From Rhizophagus irregularis (taxonomy: Eukaryota): a stretch of DNA of 64,000 nucleotides. The number at the start of each line of letters is the position of its first letter. Position 1 is the first letter of the stretch. The stretch covers positions 1,488,001 to 1,552,000 of the forward strand of contig NC_089429.1 of assembly GCF_026210795.1 (NCBI RefSeq), given 5' to 3'. The notes beneath the pieces were generated by a model. The model was given only the letters and a program-made list of their open reading frames with translations, ran no database searches and had not been told where the DNA came from. The translations under genes and the position numbers were made by a program. Positions 26,479 to 40,856 of this stretch are shown here, one piece after another.

Positions 26479-28134
26479 TAGCAATAAATAATATATAGTA
26501 AAGAATGTAAAAATCATTAATATTTTTATTATCAGTATGTAAATTTTATTTATATTAGCATTCTTATTTAATTTATAAAAATCTTAATATTTATGATATT
26601 TAAATTAATATTTATGTAAATAGTTAAAAATAATAATTATTAAAACGTTAACAATAGCGAAACATTCAAGATTGTTTTGATTTTTATACATCAATGGGTA
26701 AATATTTTAAAGAATTAAGTTTTTATTTTATCTATATTATATATCTTATTAATGGCAAGATTGAATAAGTGAAAAAACATTACTTGTTGGGAAGTCATGA
26801 AGCAAAAGTTATAAGTTATTACTAATAACAATATATATGATGAACGTAATTAAAAATCTAAATTTCTCGCCAAATTTATTTAAATTCGATTGGTTATTAA
26901 CCTACGCGCGAACGTGCCGTATTAGGGACTATTAGTAATTTGACCAAATTAATCAATTATCCTTAAATTCTGAATAAAGTATTTAAATATAATTTTTGAA
27001 CGCGATACTAATTCTCTAAACAGAAATTTATACAGTGTAATTTATGAAGTTCATTTTATTTGATTATAAGAAGCCCGTTATAATACAATTTGACGTTCAC
27101 AATCTTGACAAATCATAATCCTGAAGATTCAAAATCCTAACACTCATTACATTATTATTTATTTTGACATAATAATTTTACATTTATCAAGAACTTTTAA
27201 AACTAACGAAATTGATCTACTAGATAATTCACTGATCTTTCGTTCCAAAATAGATATAGGAACATTAGTCCTCAACTCTGTCCTGTCTAAAAAATAAATA
27301 AATAAATAAAAATAAAATAATAAAAAAATTACAAATGATTTTTTTTTTAGCTCGTCCCTCTTGTTTGTATCTCAATGTTTTTCTTGATAAGAAATTTAAA
27401 AGATGCAAAAAATTTTTTTTTTAAATTTTACAAAAAAATGAAGTAATAAAACTTGAAATATTTCATAATTTATCAATTTCAAAGTTATTTGTAATATTAA
27501 TATTAGAATATCATTGATTACCTGAAAACTTTAATAACTCTTTACCAAAAAGTGATACATTATTACATCGTCCCGTATAGCACATTTACCAATTTCTGCA
27601 TTAAAATATATTGATGAAAATATAAGCTAGTATCTGTAGTCATATAAAATAGTTCCATACATAACTTTAGACTTTACCATCACTATCATATCGTCTCTTG
27701 TTGATCTAGACTGTAAAAAATTTATTGGTTTACCTGCTCTTTTATAAAATGAAATGGTTTAAGTGAAATAAAATTTAATTAAATAGGATGTATATCATGT
27801 GACCTTTTCATTGATATATTTCTTCTGAAAAATTTCTTGATGTAAGTTTCTGTATTTGCCTATTATGAGAAAGAAAATATTGTTAATAGTGTGCCAAATA
27901 TTTATTTAATGGAAAGAAGACATAGTTAATTCCTTCTCTAGAATTAGCAGACTTTACCAATAACAAAGTTAGGCTGTCTGCTTGAGTTGGTTATCAAGTG
28001 AACAATTAAAAATAAGAAATAAAAAAAAAGAAATAAAGAAATAAAAAAGAAGAAAAAAAAATAAATAAAATAAAAAAGAATTAAAAAAAAATAAAAGAAT
28101 TAAAAAATTAAAAGAAAAAGCAGGTAATCCTAAG

Positions 28135-28315
28135 TCAACCTTGTGAACTCCCCGACTCAATTGAGTAATCCGTTCTAGATTTTCTTAGGAGTTACCCATT
28201 CCCCCTTCACCAACCCAAGCAAACAAATCCAAGTATTTTCTCCTAAGTAAAATTTGTGAACTCCCCGGCTTAATTAGCAATCCGTTCTAATTTTACTTAG
28301 GAGTTACTCACTTTG
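28135..28315. repeat. Two-copy direct repeat (~115-bp spacing)
   Basis: TTGTGAACTCCCCG.CT.AATT...AATCCGTTCTA.TTT.CTTAGGAGTTAC at ~28141 and ~28254. Confidence 0.7.
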
Positions 28316-31300
28316 CAAAATAAACAAAACACACCTCTTTTAAGGTCTCCTAAGCCACTTTGCACTCATCTTGGGAAAACCAGTAATGCTCCATTCAGAG
28401 AGCTTTCGTCTGTCATCTACTTTTCAATATTAAATAGTGCTGTAACTGGTAACATTAAATAAAAAAAAGTTCAGACGTTTTTAATAATGAATTTTTTCTA
28501 CTAATACAGCATTAATATCTGTTACTCTTTCTTATACACGTAAAAAATGCAATCGCGCAGAGCAACAAAAAAAAAATAACAACAAAAAAACTGAAAAAAT
28601 CATTAAAAAAATAATTTTTTTTGTTGCACTTTCCCTTCTATCAACGCCCAATAAAACCTATATTTCTATATACAGAGAGTATTTCTATAGATAGTATTTT
28701 TTTTAGAGAGGGTAATATTCTTTTGAGATACTGTAGTATATCATGTTTTATTATTTTTATTACGGACTCTTATAAAGGTTCTTTGGTATGCAAGATAGAA
28801 TTAGTGGAGTATTTTTTAGAGGAAAGTTAGGAAAGTTGGGGTATATATACATTTGTAAAAAGCAAAAAAGGGATTTATTATTTACTGTACCACATACGCG
28901 AAAAAAATGATTAATAATATATGTGACTAATAATGAATTGGCGTAATTTTGATCCGAGCTTACGTGATCCGATTTTAGCCACAATAGATGAAATAGGCTT
29001 ACTTTGAATATTGTGCATTTGTGCGCCTATCGATATTATCGATATCAATATTAAGATACTGTAAAAGCTACAAAAAAACGCGTCAAAATAAAGACGTCAT
29101 TGTATATACTGTCATGGCACTGTACCATATGAGACCATTTACTATGATGGCCACATAGGTATCTCGGTCCCCTACTTAGGCATAATTAGCAGGAACGTTG
29201 TCTCGGTTTTATGTTTTCATCCCGTGGTAAATACTGGCAAAAAAAGAGAGAAATTGAAAGATAATAACAAGTTAAAGTAAGTTATGTAATAGATTAAAAT
29301 ATTATATAATGTCATTTTTTTTTATTTAATTAAGTTGAAAATTCAATGAAATAAATTTAACATATTTCTTATTCAATTTAAGTACTAAAGTGAAAGTGAA
29401 AACAACGTATTTCATTTGTTCTGATCTTTCACCCTGAGTAGAAAATCAAATAGAACAGGTATAGCACGTGAAAAAAGTATTCCATTTGAAATATTTACAC
29501 CCAGATAGGTATCTAAAAAAAAGGAATGTCAGTAAGATCTTACTAATGTTTATTACCCAACCTTACTTTTCATTCTGAAACCCAAGGCTAGACCCATTAG
29601 TAAAATAACCCCTTCCATAGTTTATTTCCAATTCCCGAAATCAAATAATTCAATACGGCCAAGATTCTAGATAGAAAACTATAAAAAATAAGCTATTGCC
29701 TATCGCAATTTTTGTAATTTGAAATACTCAGAAATGTTTTCATGTTGTTTTTGCCTAAAAAACTCCATTTGCAGTGTTCATCTACCGGAATACATTAACA
29801 GAGATTCCTTTACCAATATGAGCTGGAAATTAAAGATCAGAAGAACCGGGAACGTTAAGTAAAAACTTTATTAACGTTCTTTTCATTTTTTGTTAGTACG
29901 GACCAGATGCTTTAGATCAAAGAAAGCGTTAACAGATGGTTTTTACTAACTTTTTCTCTCCTCTTGATTTTTTTGTATTTTTTTTTTATTAAAGAAACAT
30001 TAACTAAATTAACTAATGTTCCTTTTTTTTATAGATTCATTGGTCATGCGTAAACGTCTTACTCTTTTGTGGCATATTGGCCCAGCAAAATTCTATTTTA
30101 GGGCCTGGATGAAAGATTATTATAAAAATAGAACAGCGCGTTCATGTATTTTTTTTATTACCTGCATAATGTAGGTCATTACCATAAAATTATAATAAAC
30201 TTTATTACTTTATTAACAAATCTTAATTCATAAATTTGTTGAATTTTCTTTTTGATAATATAGTAATGAATAAAAAATATATTTAATTAATACAATCTGC
30301 CAATATCTTCGTTGTTCACTTTTTTGTTGATAATGCGTTTATACCGGCGGAGTAATTTACAAAAAATCCATCGTGTTTATTTACGTATAATATCGAATAT
30401 TGATAGTTTATTTTGCGTATTGTAGTATTGTACGTATATCAATTTTTAATGGATATATTAATGTATTTTAAAAATGTTTTAAAAATTTTTATAGTTATGA
30501 TATACACATATCAATTGATTGATCGTATTTCTATTTTTATAAATTTTTATATATCTTCCAAAATAATATCAGTCTATTTTATATAAAACTATTTACGCCG
30601 CGAAAATCATGATATTCCAGTGACTCCCGTGAAATAACTGATTTTCCGTACCATAAAGCCCTTTAATATACTTATTTTAAATTGTAGTTACGTAGTATAA
30701 AAGTAAATATAATTATGTAATAGACTCATATCGGTCATATGAATAAAAGATCTACGCAAAAAAAATTACTCATGCAAATGTGCAAATAGTAATTCTTTAT
30801 GATGTGTAACACATAATCTTGATATGGGTTTTGTTATGAGTATATAATTTAAATAATATAAATATATCTTTGCCTTCTTCTTTTTAAGCCTTTTTTATCT
30901 TTTTTTTAGGTCTAGGTCTTCTCTTTAGTCTTAGGTCCCTTTTCTTTACGTCTTCCTTAAGGTATGTGGGCTGTTGTGTAGGTTTTAGGTTTGTGTGTGG
31001 GTTTGTGTGTTTGTGTGTGGGTCAATGTTGCTGCACCTCAACGCCAACAAGTTTTTAAAAGACTTGGCCAAGTCAGCAACAAATAGTGATTATATATTTT
31101 AAGACTGCTATTTGATTTCGAATAATTGTGCAAAATTTTTCCACAATAACATTCGACATTCTTAGGACTAGCACGCACATTGAACAAATTTTTAACATTC
31201 AAATTTTTGATAATTTGCTATTTTTCGTAATCAATTTTTTTTGCTTAATGTTGTAATAAAAAAGGATTAAACATGACAGACTTTATCAGACGAAAAAGAT

Positions 31301-31689
31301 GAAAAGAATAAAAAGGTGAGAAACGTTAGACTAGACTAACCTACTCAACCAATGGACCTGGTCATTAAATAGAACAAGTGGATGCAATGATAAGGGAAGT
31401 AATGGTTACCATTTTCCTAGTTAATACATGAAATTTACATTATTTTTCTTTTAATGTTCGATAAAAAATTATTGATATTTTATCACATTCTGTACTGTAT
31501 CTGCAACATAGCATGGAATTTTAACTTTTGTAGTTTTATGGATAATCGGAACTAATTTTAATCATGATTTTTTGGGGCGTTTAAATTCCCTAATTTAATA
31601 CGTTTTCCTGCTATAAATTTTAATAATTATTAACATAGATATAAAATAAGATAAAATGAAATAAAATAACATTGAAAGTCAGATAAATA

Positions 31690-32010
31690 TTTACCACTAT
31701 CGTCATGAGTTTCAACATTTAGAAATGTTTCACTTCTTAAGGAGGTCGAAGAACTTTTAAATTTTGTGATGTTAAGCTAAATAATAAATAAATTAAATAC
31801 AATCAGAATTATAATTTAAACAATATATTTTATTATTTTTAATCATTTTTTACACCTTTTAAAACTACACAAAATTTAGGAATAAAGCGCTTAATGACCT
31901 ACTTGTATAAATGGCTCCTGAATGACGATTTTCAGCAAATTCGGTTCCAAATTTCTTTGATGTTACAAATTACATTCTTTTTACTTCAGCTTGATTAAAT
32001 TCTGCCTCTA
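31690..32010 (-). pseudogene. Relic C-terminal tail of a tyrosine-kinase-like kinase gene
   Basis: Reverse strand reads AEFNQAEVKRM*FVTSKKFGTEFAENRHSGAIYTSRSLS. From my recollection of the family, this matches the F.EAE.KR...HP.AIYTSR.LS tail that follows kinase domains in Glomeromycotina TKL proteins. Confidence 0.6.
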
Positions 32011-32318
32011 AAAGCACAATCACCAAAAGTATCACGAATTTTTATTAATCATTAATATAGAGTGATAAACATTTTTTGCAATATTTTTGTGTTTTAACAA
32101 AGAGTGCCTCAATATATTCTCACAATAAATACAATTGTTATCTCCATCATTAAAGAAATAAATTTAATCGGTTTAATTTAGTCAAAAGAATTTCATTATT
32201 TATATGTACTGTACAAATGTTATAGACAAGTAGACAAGTATTTATATTGTGCGTCAAGATGTCGATTTACCTGGCTTACTGTACATTATCGGCCCAATAT
32301 GATTATAACGCCTTTAGT

Positions 32319-32553
32319 CAGTGTTGTCACGGGACAATGTCCGGGACATGTTACACAAAAAAGAAATGATAACCCCTCGAAATTTTTCTATGATAACCTT
32401 GTTCGATACTTAGCAAAAATGTTTAGCATCCAATTATGCTTAAATATATATAATTTTTGTAGAGAATTTTAAGTTACAGAAGAGTACGGACAGAGCGCGG
32501 ACATGTCCGGGACAACCAAAAAAAGCTGCGGACATCAAAAATGTACAACACTG
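32319..32553. mobile_element. hAT MITE, 235 bp
   Basis: TIR CAGTGTTGT...ACAACACTG, perfect 8-bp TSD CCTTTAGT (32311-32318 and 32554-32561), and GGACA/TGTCC subterminal repeats. Confidence 0.92.
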
Positions 32554-35223
32554 CCTTTAGTGTTTTGACCAGAATTGTTAGGCAAGCTATCATCTGATGC
32601 ACGTCAACTGTCAGCTGACGCAAATTGACAATATTTATAACGACAATCTATATCTAGACAATACCTTTATTAAGAGTTAGAAAAAAGATAGAACTTTCTG
32701 TTAAGTATTTTCAGATTTTTCCATGGAATTTTAAGAATTTACTACAATACTACAGAAAAGTCCGTTTAAAAATTTAGAAGTACTTTATCGAAAGGCTAAT
32801 ACAGATAATCGCAATTAACGCATCGACTTACTTAGTTAAGATGCACATGATCAACTAGTGGAAGTACCTAAACATTTCTGATGGAAAGTATGATACAAAT
32901 TAATGAAAAAGGAAACAAACTATTGATGGATTGACGGGGAGTAAAAAAATGAAGACATTTTAATATCTTCTTACGAATTTTTCATAATAGAGGAAGTTTA
33001 GATGGTTTAAATATTAAATCATTTAGGAAAAAATATAAAAAATTAAAAATGTTTAATTAAATTAATTAAAAAAAAATTGTTATTGATGATCATAGTAATC
33101 ATTTTTATTATTTTTCTAATAATCATTTAGATTAAAGTGATAGTTTTTTATTTAATTTATTAAATCTTGTAAAAAATTTGATGGTACATTGATATTTGAT
33201 AATTTGTGAATCTTGTTTTAATAATCTTTCCTTATAACTAATTTATTTACATTTTATACTTTAAAAATCCAGTTATCAAATGAAAATGAATAACCAAATC
33301 ACCATTACCAAAAACTATTTGAAGTTGAAGATATTGAATTATTTAGACCCGTTTGGAAATAGATTTATGTACTATGTATTATTACAGTATGTATTTTAAG
33401 TTTATGTATGAAATAGATTTATTTTTTTAGAATAATATTAAATTAAATAAAATTAATTTCTTTTTCCATTGCCACGATGAACAAATTGACTATACTTGAT
33501 TAATCGACAAAATGGCACAGGAAATTGATAATTTGCGAATTTGCGATACGCAAATATTTAAATGAAAAAATTTTTTATACTTTTGTCTCTTTATTTCCGG
33601 AGAATATAGATACTCGATTTCGTTTTAAAAAAAATTCACAAATTTCTTAATTTCACATATATTATATTTACACACATGAACTTGAAAAATAACTTAGTGA
33701 GATATTCTTGGACTTTGGATCGCATCTTGTGAAGAACTAGTTGAATGTATTCGATCAAAGAACAATAAAATAAGTTTACATGCAGGAATACAAATTTTAC
33801 GAATCAAGTAAGTTGCAGTAATCTGTAAAAATAATTGTTGTTAAACTTTTTGTATGAACTAAAGTTATTAATTATTTCAGATTAATTTTCCTCTCCGGGA
33901 AGATATAAATTATTTTAAAAAAAGACTTGAATATTGTCTATATTTTTAATTAAATGGGGTATAAACTTTTGGATGCGAGAATAGTGATAGGATTAAATGG
34001 AATTAAGCGTTAAAGGTAACGTTATGTGTTATTCCTTTTATTAAAACTACAGACTTTGACGTTTAGAGGGAAAATTAAAGATCGCGTAATTTTACGAAAG
34101 AAAGAAATTGCAAGAAACTAAAAATAGTAATATGTAAGCTGAAATTTTTATCATTCCGTGGAAGTGAGAGTGAACGTGTAATATTCGTTATTTATTTTAT
34201 ATTTAATGTTGAATCAGAATATAGTGAAGATGAATTGACTAAATGGTATTTAGAGAAATCTAATATGCAAGCGAAAAACAATCAAATCGAAAGGAATAAA
34301 ATTTAAGAAGTGGATTAGACGATTTATATAGGCTTGAAATTGTTTTTAACCCATTTAATACAATTATATTTTTTCGAGAATTTTATTTCGTTATTATTAA
34401 TTTACTACCAGTTGATGACGAAATTCCTGAGAATTTGACGATCGATTATTAGTATTTAGTCTTATCTAGTTGTGAATTTGACGGTGGAGCAGAAAACTAC
34501 GAAAAGGCAACAATAATTGAAGAGGAAAATTAGGTGATATTGATTACCTATTATCCTAGACCACTTTTTAAATAAACAGATGTACAACAAGCAATATAAT
34601 CTAATTTTAAATTTAATCTTTTCAAAAAAAAAGAATTCTTCCTTTAATCGCGCATTATTTTTAAAATAAAGTATTATAAGTTCGACGATTGAAATTTTTT
34701 ATGGATCAATTTTAAATTTATTTAAAATGTTTATTTTAATGGCAAGAAGAATTTGCTTAATTTCACTTTTTATAAGTTCTTAATACACTTATTTAATTAC
34801 GTAACAGAGATGATTTAAAATAAAATATCCGTTACTACTGTACTTAATACTTCTGTTCAATTTCGTTCGGTCGGATTTTTCAATTGATTTTGTTGTATCG
34901 AGATATTGAGGTTAATTTGGCCAAAATTATAGTAATTCTGAAAATTACTAATTTACTATAAAGAGATTCTAATCGGTGCGTTCAAACTAAAAAAAAAAGT
35001 ATTAATTTACATATGCAAGCAGGTCTGATTAAAAATATATTATTGTGTCTATTTATTAGTTCAAAAAAAAAAATAACTGCGTTATGGTTAAATTACCTTT
35101 TTTTTTTATATGAACTAAGCAATTTACCTCTTCTTTAATGGAGGGTCCACATTATTTTTAACCGAAAATTATGAAATAAACCGATGTATGAATGTTATAT
35201 TTGTACATTATGAAATGAAAATT

Positions 35224-35367
35224 AAGCATTGCTAAATCCCACCGCAGGTGATTCCAGCATTAGAGATGTTAACGGGCAGAGTTTTTATGCCATTTTTAAT
35301 TCTGCCCAAAATTCTATCCTAATTCTGGCGAGGTGACAATCACCAGCGGTGATATTTAGCAATGCTC
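35224..35367. mobile_element. Mutator-type MITE, 144 bp
   Basis: TIR AAGCATTGCTAAATCCCACCGCAGGTGAT...ATCACCAGCGGTGATATTTAGCAATGCTC with perfect 9-bp TSD ATGAAAATT (35215-35223 and 35368-35376). Confidence 0.9.
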
Positions 35368-35944
35368 ATGAAAATTTATCAATTTAAATTTTTCTAAAAA
35401 AAAGTAATTTGCAATTTTATGCGTGGAAGTTTACGTTTCGCTTTCTTTGTTTCATTACTCCAATCTTGAAAATAAAATTAAAATTAATTTTCTAATTTTT
35501 GCAGTTTTATAGGGATAAAAAAAAGATTAACTATAAATAATATGAATACATGTAAACGGAATGACTACTGTAATTTATTGCTTTTTGTAAATATTGCAAT
35601 TAAAATGCGCTATATTAACTAATATATGTATCTAAGCGTTTTTGTATTATTATTCAAATAGTAATTCTTCCATTTTTCTTCGCTTCTGTTATTTAACATC
35701 ATCATACAATGATGCAAATAGTCATGAAATGTTAGGCATATCCCATGTAAAAATTCCATCCCTATGAAAAAAGCCTGTGTGATTTTTGTTGAAAAAACAT
35801 CCAATTAAATTCACTATGATTTCTGTATATTTGACCATACAATAATTGTGCTAAAAATTGCAATAAATCACACAATAGTTGTATGGCAATCATACAATAA
35901 TCATCCAATTTATGACCTGATTTTATATAATTATTGTCTAATTT

Positions 35945-36152
35945 TTGAGCCAAATTTTGGGCCGAATTTTAGGAATTATTCTGGGCCGAATTTAGAAATT
36001 ATTGTGAGCCGAATTTTAGGAATTATTAGGAATTATTATGGCCGAATTTAGGAATTATTGTGGGCCGAATTATTAAGAATTATTATGGCAAATTTAGGAA
36101 TTATTGTAAGCCGAATTTAGGAATTATTGTGGGCCGAATTTTAGGAATTATG
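35945..36152. repeat. ~23-bp minisatellite
   Basis: About 8 copies of GGGCCGAATTTAGGAATTATTGT. Confidence 0.85.
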
Positions 36153-37345
36153 ATTACAGTAAGTTAAAATTTGGTCAGTAACGATTAACGACAAGCAAAT
36201 TTATAAAGTGAAATTATGGATTTTTATTAATTTAATATACAAAATAAAACACTATATTTGATATGAATTATAAATGTAGAAAACTATAAAAAAATATAAA
36301 TATATATATATAATAATTCATAAATAATATACTATCGCTGTATTAGATATAAACTATAAATTAAAACTATAAATGTATAAAGAAAATAAAATCAAATATT
36401 AAAGAAAGTAAAGTAAATTATTGGTATAAGTAAATTATTAATATTAAAAATAAAAAAGTATGAAGTTAGTAAAGAAAGCAAAATTAGAATTAGTAAGTAG
36501 TATGGAAAGTAAATTGTTAGCATTTGTTAGCGTTAGTAATAATAAAAAAAAGAAAGTAAAATAAATTATTGTAAGTAAATTATTAATATTAAAAATAAAA
36601 AAGTATGAAGTTAATAAAGAAAGCAAATTAGTAAGTAGTATGGAAAGTAATTGTTAGCGTTTGTTAGCGTTAGTAATAATAAAAAAAAGTATAAAGTTAG
36701 TGAAAAAAGCAAGTTAGTAATTGAAATGTAAAAAAGTTAGAAAATAAATAAAAGGATAAAAAAAAATAAATTTTCTTACCGAAAAGAAAGTTTGAAGAAA
36801 AAAAGTTTGAAGAAAAGAAAGTTTGAAGAAAAGAAAGTTTGAAGAAAAAAAGTTTGAAGAAAAAAAAGGTTAAAAAAAATAAACAAATATTTTCTGCGTA
36901 GTGAAAAAAGTAAGTTAGTAATGTAAAAAAGTTAAAAAATAAATTCTGCGTAGTGAAAAAAGTAAGTTAGTAATGTAAAAAAGTTAAAAAATAAATAAAC
37001 GAAAAGAAAAGTTTGAAGAAAAAAGAAAAAAAGTTTGAAGAAATAAAAAAATAAACAAATATTTTCTGCGTTATATTTATTATTTATTTTGATGATCAGA
37101 TCACGTGGTATAATATAATTTAATTTTAATTGGACGATCAGATCACGTGTATTATATACATAATTTTAATTGGACAATTTCTTTTATTTTCCAAACTAAC
37201 CGGATAAGTAGTGACACAAAATTTTAATTAACGAAAAATGAACTTTTAAACTTTAATTTTGCATTAGTTACAAAATTTCATTACAAAAGCAATACGACAA
37301 CACAAAAATTTACTTTATTTAAAATATATATGCATATTATGTATG

Positions 37346-38655
37346 TTATCTCTAATTTATGAAATAAAATAAAATATTAGTATTTGTAACTAATTAATTT
37401 CAAATTAAATAACTTACTTTATTATTTTCGTTATAATCTAAAATAAAAATAAAAATTAATTGATTATTATAAAAAATTTTTTGTAATATAAAATGAAAAA
37501 ATAAATATTAATTATTACCTTTTCGCGGTTGATTGGAAATCCGCCCAGATTTTTTTCTTTCATTTTTTTTCTTCCCGCTCTTTTCGCTGGCATTTGTATT
37601 GCCAACGTCTGTACTATTATCATTTTTTTTCTTTCCGCTCTTTCCGCTGACATTTGTATTGGTATTGTCAACGTCTGTATTATTATCATTTTTTTTCTTT
37701 CTGCTCTTTCCGCTGACATTTGTATTGGTATCGTCAACGTCTGTATTATTATCGTTATTATCAGACTTCAAGAAAAGTTTAAAAGAGATATAACTGAAGT
37801 TAAAAATATATTTTTAACAAAATGCTTATACTATATATATTATACCTTATCTGATAAATCATCTGCAGTTCCACTACTACTAATGACCACTTTGTTTTTA
37901 ATTTTATCTCTAGTGATCACCGATTTATTCTTTTTTAAAATAACTTCCATTTCCTTCTTCTTTAGTTTTTTTGGTGGGCACCTTTTATAAAATTCAAAAA
38001 TTAATACGTATTTATTTTTATAAATAAATATAATTCAAAAGATGAAATTATTATTTACGTTTATTGTTCATCAAGCGGCGAAATAATTCTTTGATAGCCC
38101 AATCTCCTGTTGTTTTGGGAAAATGACTATTATTCCCTTTGAACTGAAAAAAAAATTTTGTTAAATGTATTATAAATGTATTGATTTAAAGTATGATTAA
38201 TTTACAATATACTCACCTTCTCGATAATTTTTAATATTGCTCTCCTCTCCTGCTTTTCCCAGGACGTTTCAACATCGATATACGCTTCAATTAGGTCACG
38301 TATACTTGACTAGTAAAATATATAAAAGTTAAATCCTAAAATGATAATACATGAATTATATCAACAATTACATATTTATATATTACAAACTTTGTAACCA
38401 TTAAATTCCTCATTAGTCAGGTTTAAAATTTTTGCAATATTAATATAAGCACCGGTTGGTTTGGAAATTGATACAGTTTCATCCACCACTTTTTCTAGAA
38501 TTCTCTATATTTATAATTAAAACTTAATGTTAAAAAGAGATCAAACTGCAATATAAATGCTAAAATTAACTTACATTTTGTTGAACAGGAAGATCTGACG
38601 ATTTTTTTGATTGATTAAGAACGGTTATTTTATTTAATTTTTTGTTAGTAGCCAT
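37346..38655 (-). CDS. Multi-exon hypothetical protein, paralog of 52200-53953, with K/N-rich 22-aa repeat tail
   Basis: Spliced: MATNKKLNK..VQQN|..NIAKILNLTNEEFNGYK|SSIRDLIEAYIDVETSWEKQERRAILKIIEK|FKGNNSHFPKTTGDWAIKELFRRLMNNKR|..PPKKLKKK..DLSDK|SDNNDNNTDVDD.. with GT-AG introns. The last exons are approximate. Confidence 0.7.
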
Positions 38656-39469
38656 AACAAAAAAATCCAAATGTAATGAAGAGAAATTCAGATAGAACGA
38701 AGAAAATGAAGAAAAAAAGAATGAATTAAATTTCTCTGAATTTATATTAACTTGACGAGGTTTTTTTTTTAAAAAAAAAGGTAGAAACATTAGCGATTTT
38801 TCCTAAAAAGGAAAGATAAACGAATAATTTTTTTTTTAAAAAAAAAGGCAGAAACATCATCGACATTTCTTAAAAAAGAAAAATACAACGATCAAATTTT
38901 TTTCTAAAAAAAATTGATAGCGATATTGTATACAAAAAAGGAATATAAAAGGGTTTTTATAACATCTATTTTTAGCTATTTCAACAGTTATGGTAGAGTT
39001 TTTTAAATAAAGAATAATAAAATGAATAAACGATACAAATTATTATAACAAATTATTATAATCGTGCGTGACTTAATAAAAATATGAAGATTTCCCACTA
39101 GATTTAGTATTAATATTTTTTGGGAAGTTGTTTCCTATTTTTTTTTTTTTTTTTTAAAAAAAAAAAGTAGAAACATTATCGATTTTCTTAAGATTTTTTA
39201 AAAAAAATTGACAATATTTGACAGCAATATTGTATACAAAAAAGGAATACAAAAGTGACAATATTTGACAGTAATATTGCAGTAATATTGTATACAAAAA
39301 AGGAATACAAAAGGGGTTTTTCATCATAAGACTTCAACCAAAGACCAAAGTTTCTTAAAGCGATCTTTTTTTTAAAAAATGACAGCATTCGAAGTACAAA
39401 AAAGGAATACAAAGGAGGTTTTCATATCTATTTTAAAATTACACAGCCATTTTATCATAAGATTTTAAC

Positions 39470-39671
39470 CCCTATAAAAAATTTTTATCCGAATTTTTCC
39501 ATTATTTCTCCGTGTCTTCCGTGTCTTCCGTAAAAATTCCGTGAAAATGATACATTCACGGATATCGAGATGAAAATTTCCATGATTTAAAGCTATTATT
39601 AATTCTATTAAAATGATACATTCATAAAAAAAAACATGGAAAGATAAAATACGGATCATATTTTTACAGGA
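39470..39671. mobile_element. Possible small CACTA-like MITE (CCCT ends)
   Basis: CCCTATAAAAA...TTTTTACAGGA with internal TTCCGTG/ACGGA repeats. No clean TSD. Confidence 0.4.
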
Positions 39672-39854
39672 ATGTAATACTTATTTAAAATAATAGTTAT
39701 TTAATTTGATGAATAATTGTTGACGTAAAAATATATTTTTTTTGACGACAAAAAAATAGTGATAGTATTACTGTAGATTAAGTGTTAGATCCTCGAACGA
39801 GGATAATTTTTTTTAAGATGATTAATCCGTCATTAATCGCAATGAAATAAATGG

Positions 39855-40856
39855 CCCTATAAAAAATATGGATACTGTTAACATACGGTATTACCGTATT
39901 TTGCGAACAGTATCATTACAGTATCATTAAAGTATTTTAACAGTATTTTCACATACGATATACATTCGGTATTTTGCACACCGTATTATATACACGGTAT
40001 TTTTAAATAGTGAAGATTTGTATACTTTATACTTATATACAGTATTATATCTCGGTTTATAACGTATGTGATTATTTGCGAACAGCATGGTATTCCAGTT
40101 TATAACGTACGTTTTATACTTGTTGTTATTTGCGAACAGTATTATACCTCAGCTTATAACGTATGTTTTATACTGGTGGTTATTTGCGAACAGCATGATG
40201 CCTCAGTTTATAGCGTATGTTTTACACTGGTGGTTATTTGCGAACAGTATTATGCCTCAGTTTATAACGTACGTTTTATACTTGTTGTTATTTGCGAACA
40301 GCATGATGCCTCAGTTTATAACGTACGTTTTATACTTGTTGTTATTTGCGAACAGCATGATGCCTCAGTTTATAGCGTATGTTTTATACTTGTTATTATT
40401 TGCGAACAGTATTATACCTCAGCTTATAACGTATGTTTTATACTGGTGGTTATTTACGAACAGCATGATGCCTCAGTTTATAGCGTATGTTTTATACTTG
40501 TTATTATTTGCGAACAGCATGATGCCTCAGTTTATAACGTATGTTTTATACTTGTTGTTATTTGCGAATAACGTATGTTTTACACTGGTGGTTATTTGCG
40601 AACAGCATGATGCCTCAGTTTATAGCGTATGTTTTATACTTGTTATTATTTGCGAACAGTATTATACCTCAGCTTATAACGTATGTTTCATACTGGTGGT
40701 TATTTGCGAACAGCATGATGCCTCAGTTTATAACGTATGTTTTATACTTGTTGTTATTTGCGAATAACGTATGTTTTACACTGGTGGTTATTTGCGAACA
40801 GTATTATGTCTCAGTGTACAACGTATGTTTTATACTGGTGGTTATTTGCTAACAGC
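39855..40856. repeat. 54-bp tandem array (~15 units, 40040-40856) preceded by a candidate CACTA-like left terminus
   Basis: Unit TTATTTGCGAACAGCATGATGCCTCAGTTTATAACGTATGTTTTATACTTGTTG, with two variant types and two units lacking 21 bp. CCCTATAAAAAATATGG at 39855 is followed by ACGGTAT/ACAGTAT motifs. Confidence 0.9.

Noticed and set aside
30895..31085. GT-rich tract resembling a telomeric or retroelement end
   Set aside because: No regular TTAGGG repeat, tail or TSD to support a call.
32600..34600. Patches that look like decayed coding sequence (also ~15280-15900 and ~27500-27950)
   Set aside because: No recognisable motif or consistent frame could be reconstructed by eye.
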